Assembly: GCA_963666565.1 (NCBI GenBank)
Contig: OY762911.1
Coordinates: forward strand, 1,312,001 to 1,376,000
Direction: 5' to 3'
From: Thermoanaerobaculia bacterium
Lineage (GTDB): Bacteria > Acidobacteriota > Thermoanaerobaculia > Multivoradales > Multivoraceae
DNA length: 64,000 bases
The position numbers and the translations under genes are program-made. Shown piece by piece: positions 56,680 through 64,000 of the stretch (position 1 is the stretch's first letter; every line of letters starts with the position of its first letter). Under the pieces are notes generated by a model. That model was not told where the DNA came from. It did no database searches and saw only the letters and a list, made by a program, of their open reading frames with translations.

Positions 56680-59600
56680 GTGTTCGTCGCACATCGTCCG
56701 GTGACGTTCGCTCTCTCACGTACAGCATTCGGTCGCATTCGTGTCGCGTTGCGCGCGAGCGCGCCGTTTGCGGTGGCCTGCGGCCTGCTCCTCCTCCAAC
56801 TCGCCGGCGGCGGCGCCGCGGCCGCCGCCACGATCGACTCGCTGACGGTGGGCGACGCGAACCTCACCGTCAAGTGGTCCGAGGGCGGCGGAATCGACCC
56901 GGTCACGTCCAACGATCTCCGCTACATCCGCACGGACGCGGACGAGACGGTCGATGCGAACTGGACCGTCGTCACCGGGATCTGGAGTTCCGGCCCGCGC
57001 GAGTACGTCCTCACCGGGCTGACGAACGGCGTGGGGTACGACGTCCAGGTGCGACCGGTCACGACGAACGCGGGATTGTGGTCGGCCACCGTCGCGGCGA
57101 CGCCGATCGATCCCGGCAGCACCCGGGCGACGGCGACCGCCCTGTCGTTGACCGCCCCGTTCCTGGGCGCGATCTCCCCTGGCGACGACGTCGACTACTT
57201 CGAGATCGCGTTGAGCGGCGCCACCGGCCTCGCGGTCTACACGACGGGCGCCCTGGACACGGTCGGCGTACTCGAGAGCTCGACGGGAACGACGCTGGTC
57301 AGCAACGACGACGGCGGCATGGCGGGCGGTCCCAGGAACTTCCTGCTCCTCCATTCCGCGTCGGCGTCGGCGACCGTCTACGTCAAGGCGACGAGCTACG
57401 GTACGGCGACGGGCGCCTACGCGATCCACGCCCACGCCATCGCCGACACGAGCGGCACGTCGGACGCGAGCGACATCGCGCTGGGCGGCTCGACGCTGGG
57501 GATCATCGACCCCACGGGCGACGACGACTACTACAAGTTGACGCTCGCCGCGGCCGCCGACCTGGCGATCTGGACGACGGGCACCGTCGCCGACACGATC
57601 GGAGAACTCCAGAACACCGGCGGCACGAAGGTCGCCGGCAACGACGACGGCTATCTCCATACGGGCGAACGCCAGTTCCTGATCCGGGCGTCGGTCGCTT
57701 CGGGGACGTACTACGTCAAGGTCAGTCCCTACGGTGAGGCGACCGGGCTCTACCGGCTGCACGTCCGGGGGCTGACCGAACCGGGAAGCACGATCGGCGC
57801 CGCGGGCAGCCTCGGTCTCGGCGTGATGACAGGCGGCGCGATCGATCCGACGACGGACGAGGACTACTTCCGCATCGATCTGGCCTCGGACTCCTGGGTG
57901 TATCTGCGCGCCGTCAGCACGACGGTGGACATCGACGGCGCGCTGGTCGACAGCGGCGACAACGAGGCGACGACGAATCTCTACGAGCAGACCCTGGGCA
58001 GCGGCAACTCGACGACCTACGCCTTCACTCTCTCGGACCAACTTGCGGCCGGGACGCACTACCTCAAGGTCAGCCGGTCCGGCGGCGCGGCTACCGGGAA
58101 TTACGGCGTGCTCGGATTCGCCGACGCCGCGCAGGAGGGCCTGCTGACCGGGTGTTCGGGCGGCGCCGCCGGCAGCATCGAGGACCCCCAGTACAAGTGC
58201 CAGTGGCACCTGAAGAACACGGGCCAGCTCGGCGGGACGTCCGGCGAGGACATCGACATCGAGGGCGTCTGGGCCTCCGGCCGGCGCGGCGCCGGAGTCC
58301 GGGTCGTCGTCGTGGACGACGGCATGGACTACCGCCACGAGGACCTTGCGGCCAACGTCGACACGACGAGGAACCACGACTACGGCAGCGGCGACGTATT
58401 CGACCGCAAGGAGAACCACGGCACCGCGGTTTCCGGGATCGTCGCCGCGCGCGACAACGAGGTCGGGGGCCGGGGGGTCGCTCCCCGGGCGACCATCTTC
58501 AGCCACCGGCTGCTCGGGTTCACCACCGCGGCCAACGAGGCGGACGCGATGACGCGCAGTTCGGACGTCGCCGCGGTGTCCAACAACAGTTGGGGACCCA
58601 CGGACGATCCGGACCTGAATCCCGCCTTCGCGCTCTGGCGCCAGGCGATCGTCACGGGCGTCACGACCGGCTACGGAGGCAAGGGCGTCTTCTATGCGTG
58701 GGCCGCCGGCAACGGCGCCGGGGACGGCGACTACTCGAACCTGGACGAGTATTCGAATCACTACGGCGTCGCCGCGGTGTGCGCGGTGAACGACCTCGGC
58801 AAGAGGTCGTGGTATTCGGAGATGGGCTCGAACCTGTGGATCTGCGCCCCTTCGAGCGACGGCCAGCGGGACCGTCCGGGCATCTTCACGACGAACAACT
58901 ACAGCCGCCACACGGCGCGCTTCGGCGGCACCTCGGCGGCGACGCCGATCGTCTCCGGCGTGGCGGGGCTGGTCCGCAACTCCTACCCGAACCTGAGTTG
59001 GCGCGACGTCAAGCTGATCCTGGCCGGCTCGGCGCGCAAGGTCGACGCTGGCGATGGGGGTTGGGAGACGGGGGCCGCGAAGTACGGTTCGAGCGGCGGC
59101 AGGTACGAGTTCAACCACCAGTACGGTTTCGGCGCGGTCGACGCGGCGGCGGCGATGCGGCTGGCCGCCGGGTGGACAGGCGTGCCCGCCCAGTTGGACA
59201 CGACGTCGAGCACGGTGTCCTCGTCCCTGACCGTCCCCGACGCGGCCGTGGACGCCGATGGCACGACGGTCACGAGCAGCGTCGAGGTCGCGTCCCAGAT
59301 CGACTTCGTCGAGTACGTGGTGGTCGACGCCACCTTCGCGGCGCCCGCCTTCCGGCATCTGCTGTTCGAACTCGTCTCTCCGTCGGGCGCCGTCTCCAGG
59401 CTCTCGGTTCCCTACTTCCAGGCGACGGGGTTCCACGCTCTCGACGGGCAGTTCCGGTTCGGTTCGGCCCGGCACCTCGGCGAGCGGGCGTCCGGGGAGT
59501 GGACGCTGCGGCTGACGGATCAGGTGAATCTCGGAACGGAGAGCGAACTCACGTCGTGGAGTCTGAAGTTCTACGGCCACAAGTCGCGCCCGCGGACCGG

Positions 59601-60606
59601 CGGTCCCGGCGGTGCGGCGCCTCCGGCCATCGACTCGATCGGGCCGGGGCCCGGCTCGCTCACCGTGGCCTGGTCGGCGCCCCCGGGGGCGGGTTCCGCG
59701 GTCTCGTCCTGGGACCTGCGCCTGATCCGAACCGCTGCGACGGACCGAGCCGACGAGAACTGGACCGTGTTCAGCGGTCTGGCCGCCGACACGTTGAGGG
59801 TCACCTTGTCGGACCTGGCCGGGGAGACCTCGTACGACGTGCAGGTCCGGGCGGTGACCGGCGCCGGCGCCGGTCCCTGGTCGGAGACGGCCAGCGGGCG
59901 CACGGAGGCCGCCGGACCGCCGCCGCCGAGCGGTCCGCCCGAGGCGGCTTTCACGGTCGGCGTGGACTGCCCGGAAGATCTCTGCGGGGCCAGGACCGGC
60001 GAGCGCGTCCGGTTCCAGGACACGAGCGCCGGTGTCGTCAGGCGCCGGACCTGGGACTTCGGCGACGGACGGACGTCGACGAGCGCGTCGCCGTCCCATG
60101 TCTGGTCGTCGCCCGGCTTCTACACCGTGACGCTGACCGTCGGCGACGGGACGGTCGAATCGACCGCGAGCCGGGTCTTTCTGGTCGAGGCCAGCGAACC
60201 GGCGGGAAGCTGCGTGCCGGACCGGACGACCCGCTGCCTGCGGGACTCGCGCTACCAGGTGCGGGCCGAGTGGTGGACGGCGGCGGCCGCGGCCGAGGGC
60301 GAAGAGCCGGTCCCGGCGCGCGTCGTCCGGCTGGGGACGAACGACTCCGGCGTGTTCCAGTTCTTCGGCCGGGAGAACTGGGAGGTCCTGATCAAGGTGC
60401 TGGACGGCTGCGCCATCAACGGGCACGTCTGGGTGTTCGGCGCGTCGGCGACGGACCTCGGGCTCGCGGTCGAGGTGACGGACACGGTGACCGGGGCGAC
60501 CCGCCGCTACGCCAAGGAACCCGGCCCGGCGGCGTCGGCGATCGCCGACAACCGGGCCTTCGCCGGGAGCTGCGCGGCGGCCGTGCAGCGGGGCGGCGTG
60601 GGCTAG
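56680..60606 (+). CDS. Secreted kexin-like S8 protease: FN3, PPC-like repeats, S8, P-domain, FN3, PKD, C-terminal domain
   Basis: Triad VVDDG / HGTAVSG / GTSAATP, AAGN oxyanion, YGFG, WDFGDG PKD. Confidence 0.92.
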   Translation: MFVAHRPVTFALSRTAFGRIRVALRASAPFAVACGLLLLQLAGGGAAAAATIDSLTVGDANLTVKWSEGGGIDPVTSNDLRYIRTDADETVDANWTVVTGIWSSGPREYVLTGLTNGVGYDVQVRPVTTNAGLWSATVAATPIDPGSTRATATALSLTAPFLGAISPGDDVDYFEIALSGATGLAVYTTGALDTVGVLESSTGTTLVSNDDGGMAGGPRNFLLLHSASASATVYVKATSYGTATGAYAIHAHAIADTSGTSDASDIALGGSTLGIIDPTGDDDYYKLTLAAAADLAIWTTGTVADTIGELQNTGGTKVAGNDDGYLHTGERQFLIRASVASGTYYVKVSPYGEATGLYRLHVRGLTEPGSTIGAAGSLGLGVMTGGAIDPTTDEDYFRIDLASDSWVYLRAVSTTVDIDGALVDSGDNEATTNLYEQTLGSGNSTTYAFTLSDQLAAGTHYLKVSRSGGAATGNYGVLGFADAAQEGLLTGCSGGAAGSIEDPQYKCQWHLKNTGQLGGTSGEDIDIEGVWASGRRGAGVRVVVVDDGMDYRHEDLAANVDTTRNHDYGSGDVFDRKENHGTAVSGIVAARDNEVGGRGVAPRATIFSHRLLGFTTAANEADAMTRSSDVAAVSNNSWGPTDDPDLNPAFALWRQAIVTGVTTGYGGKGVFYAWAAGNGAGDGDYSNLDEYSNHYGVAAVCAVNDLGKRSWYSEMGSNLWICAPSSDGQRDRPGIFTTNNYSRHTARFGGTSAATPIVSGVAGLVRNSYPNLSWRDVKLILAGSARKVDAGDGGWETGAAKYGSSGGRYEFNHQYGFGAVDAAAAMRLAAGWTGVPAQLDTTSSTVSSSLTVPDAAVDADGTTVTSSVEVASQIDFVEYVVVDATFAAPAFRHLLFELVSPSGAVSRLSVPYFQATGFHALDGQFRFGSARHLGERASGEWTLRLTDQVNLGTESELTSWSLKFYGHKSRPRTGGPGGAAPPAIDSIGPGPGSLTVAWSAPPGAGSAVSSWDLRLIRTAATDRADENWTVFSGLAADTLRVTLSDLAGETSYDVQVRAVTGAGAGPWSETASGRTEAAGPPPPSGPPEAAFTVGVDCPEDLCGARTGERVRFQDTSAGVVRRRTWDFGDGRTSTSASPSHVWSSPGFYTVTLTVGDGTVESTASRVFLVEASEPAGSCVPDRTTRCLRDSRYQVRAEWWTAAAAAEGEEPVPARVVRLGTNDSGVFQFFGRENWEVLIKVLDGCAINGHVWVFGASATDLGLAVEVTDTVTGATRRYAKEPGPAASAIADNRAFAGSCAAAVQRGGVG

Positions 60607-60617
60607 AGTCGTTCCCG

Positions 60618-61273
60618 ATGGGCCTCAAGCGACGATTGGATGTAGCCGCCCGTCGCCCCCGGACTTGCGCTTTCGCGGCCGGTCTCGGTCTCCTGGCGGT
60701 CGCGACGGTCCATGCCCAGCCCGGGCAGACGCCCGCGAAGGCCCCGGAAAGTGCCCCCGCCGTCCAGGGCGAGCCGGCGCCGAAGCCGCTCGCGCCGCCG
60801 GCCGGGGTCGCCGCGCCGGCCCGGGTCCAGGGTCCCGTCTACACCTGGGAGGACGGGGACCGGACGATGCGCGCGAGGCTTCAGCCGGACCTGGTCGTCC
60901 GCGAGGACGGCGCCGTCGGCGAGCGTGAGACCTACGTCGCCAGGGCCGGCGACCGGACGATCGTGCGCTCCGGGAGCCGGGCCGCGGAGGGCGGCCAGCC
61001 GGTGTTCCGGTCCGAGTCCGGCAGGTTGATGACCCTGCCGGGCGGCGTGGTACTCATTCTCGACCCGGACTGGACGGAACCGGATCTCTCGGCCTTCTTC
61101 GCCGCGAACGGCGTCGGGATGGACCGGGTGTCCCGCTGGCCGGCATTCCGGGCGCCTGGTTCGTGGAGACGGCGCCGGGCTTCCCTTCCCTCGATCTCGC
61201 GAACGCGCTGGCCGGGCAGGACGGGGTCGAGGTCTCGAGCCCGAACTGGTGGAGGGAAGCCGTTCCCCGGTGA
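60618..61273 (+). pseudogene. Secreted protein, putative external chaperone of the S8 protease; frameshifted near 61133
   Basis: First frame reads to MDRVS; restoring 1 nt in TCCCG gives PLAGIPGAWFVETAPGFPSLDLANALAGQDGVEVSSPNWWREAVPR* (stop 61271-61273). Confidence 0.65.
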
Positions 61274-61382
61274 ACCGGCGGCCGCGGCACTGCCTGCGCC
61301 GGGTCGGTGAGGGTACGAGCCGGCGGCAGCGCGCCTCGCCGCCGCCGTCGGGCGCCGACGAGGCGTTCCGCCGCGTCTTCGG

Positions 61383-62075
61383 TCAGAACGAGAAGCCGAT
61401 GCCGGCCAGGAAGTCCACCGGCTGCTCCGGCAACGCGTCGCTGTCGAGCGCGTCGACGTAGCTGACGAACGCCGACCAGGCGCCGCCCGAGAGGCCGAAG
61501 GTGACGTTGCCGTCGTACATGCCGCCGCTCGTCCCGCCGTAGGCCGCGGCGAAGTCGTCGCCGGCCCAGCCGGCCGAGACGTCGACGCTCCAGGCCAGGG
61601 CGTCGCTCACGTCGCCGCCGAACGAGACGCCGACGTTGGCGTAGAAGTCCTTGACCTCGTCGATGTCGTAGTAGACGGAGACGCTGGGCGACGCGGTCAT
61701 GTCCCAGCCGACGGTCACGTAGAGCTCCCGCGTGCCGGCGAACGCCGTGTTCGGGAACAGGTACTCGATGAAGCCGACTTCGGCCGAGACCGCGTCGGTG
61801 CCGAAGCCGTAGGAAGCGGTGAGATCGATCTCGTTGAACTCGCCGCTCATGTCGTTCGCGTCGTCGATGTCCAGGTTGCCCCAGACGTTGATCGCGAAGC
61901 CGCTGGCGTTCGAGGCCGTGACCGAGGGCTGCCACACGGCCCCGTCGGTGAACGTGATGCCGCGCCACACGTAGGCGGAAGCGAAGTCGAGGGCGTACTC
62001 GGCATCGGCGGTTGCCGGAGCGGCCGCCAGGCCGAGCGCCGCGACGGTCAGGAGAATGGTCGATTTCCGGAACAT
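61383..62075 (-). CDS. Outer-membrane beta-barrel protein (TorF/TIGR02001-like)
   Basis: Signal peptide; SAYVWRG, EIDL..SY, C-terminal FSF. Confidence 0.75.
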   Translation of the reverse strand: MFRKSTILLTVAALGLAAAPATADAEYALDFASAYVWRGITFTDGAVWQPSVTASNASGFAINVWGNLDIDDANDMSGEFNEIDLTASYGFGTDAVSAEVGFIEYLFPNTAFAGTRELYVTVGWDMTASPSVSVYYDIDEVKDFYANVGVSFGGDVSDALAWSVDVSAGWAGDDFAAAYGGTSGGMYDGNVTFGLSGGAWSAFVSYVDALDSDALPEQPVDFLAGIGFSF

Positions 62076-62126
62076 TGGGTAGAACCTCCTTGTAGGGCGA
62101 ACGTTCGCCGGTTGCGCCGCTTCGGT

Positions 62127-62143
62127 AGCAACTCAGGTGCCAA
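62127..62143 (-). promoter_or_regulatory. sigma54 promoter for the beta-barrel gene
   Basis: Minus strand TTGGCAC-CTGAG-TTGCT. Confidence 0.85.
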
Positions 62144-62243
62144 CGATGCGGTTTGGTCTCAGAGGGATGAGAAGTCGTTGCCGGCCAAACCGTTTCCGAC
62201 ACCGTTCCCGGTCCCCCGAAACGCCCGTCCGACGGCGTCGATA

Positions 62244-62257
62244 CTACAATTCTGTAG
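62244..62257. promoter_or_regulatory. Candidate enhancer-binding site
   Basis: Palindrome CTACA-ATTC-TGTAG about 100 bp upstream of the sigma54 promoter. Confidence 0.5.
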
Positions 62258-62321
62258 CAGTCCGGGGTGACGACAGACAATCGTGAGTCTGACGCCGACC
62301 AGTCAGCGGCGCCGCCGCCGC

Positions 62322-63989
<1,668 letters not shown>

Positions 63990-64000
63990 GGAGGTCCGTC

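Noticed and set aside
13924-60426. Very long overlapping ORFs (13924-16362, most of 25008-29483, 33086-36340, 56716-60426, most of 58152-61310)
   Set aside because: Antisense or off-frame shadows of real genes, expected at ~70% GC; no family motifs

Overview
High-GC (~70%) bacterial chromosome segment. The acidobacterial-type VWA protein and the C-terminal 'NWE.L.KVLDGC..NG..WVF' domain suggest Acidobacteriota, probably Thermoanaerobaculia (inference). The backbone is housekeeping and metabolic: ygfZ, moaD-moaE fusion, iscA-like, tdk, PMM, type-2 ileS, rlmH, dksA-like, holA-like, mutM, giant glmS-like, Co-type nitrile hydratase operon, folD, HMG-CoA synthase-like, alpha2-type glyS, an ECF operon and a NifA-like activator. 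It is interrupted by small defence/TA patches: dcm-vsr, AAA ATPase, orphan DUF6088 antitoxin, NB-ARC protein, DUF433-DUF5615, an Mrr-like remnant and Fic. The most notable non-annotated signals are: (i) a consensus sigma54 promoter at 50110 driving no convincing protein gene but a hairpin-rich region with CCUCC/CUCCU loops (candidate sRNA); (ii) a dense REP/REPIN-like hairpin family (~16 copies, including a 5x tandem array); (iii) a propeptide-less kexin-like protease with a frameshifted putative external chaperone; (iv) a DksA with a ~350-aa Ala/Lys-rich arm; (v) a two-repeat, 61-bp-period CRISPR-like unit; (vi) many leaderless-type starts. No tRNA, rRNA, cas gene or intact transposase was recognised. 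All calls come from reading the sequence; no searches were run.
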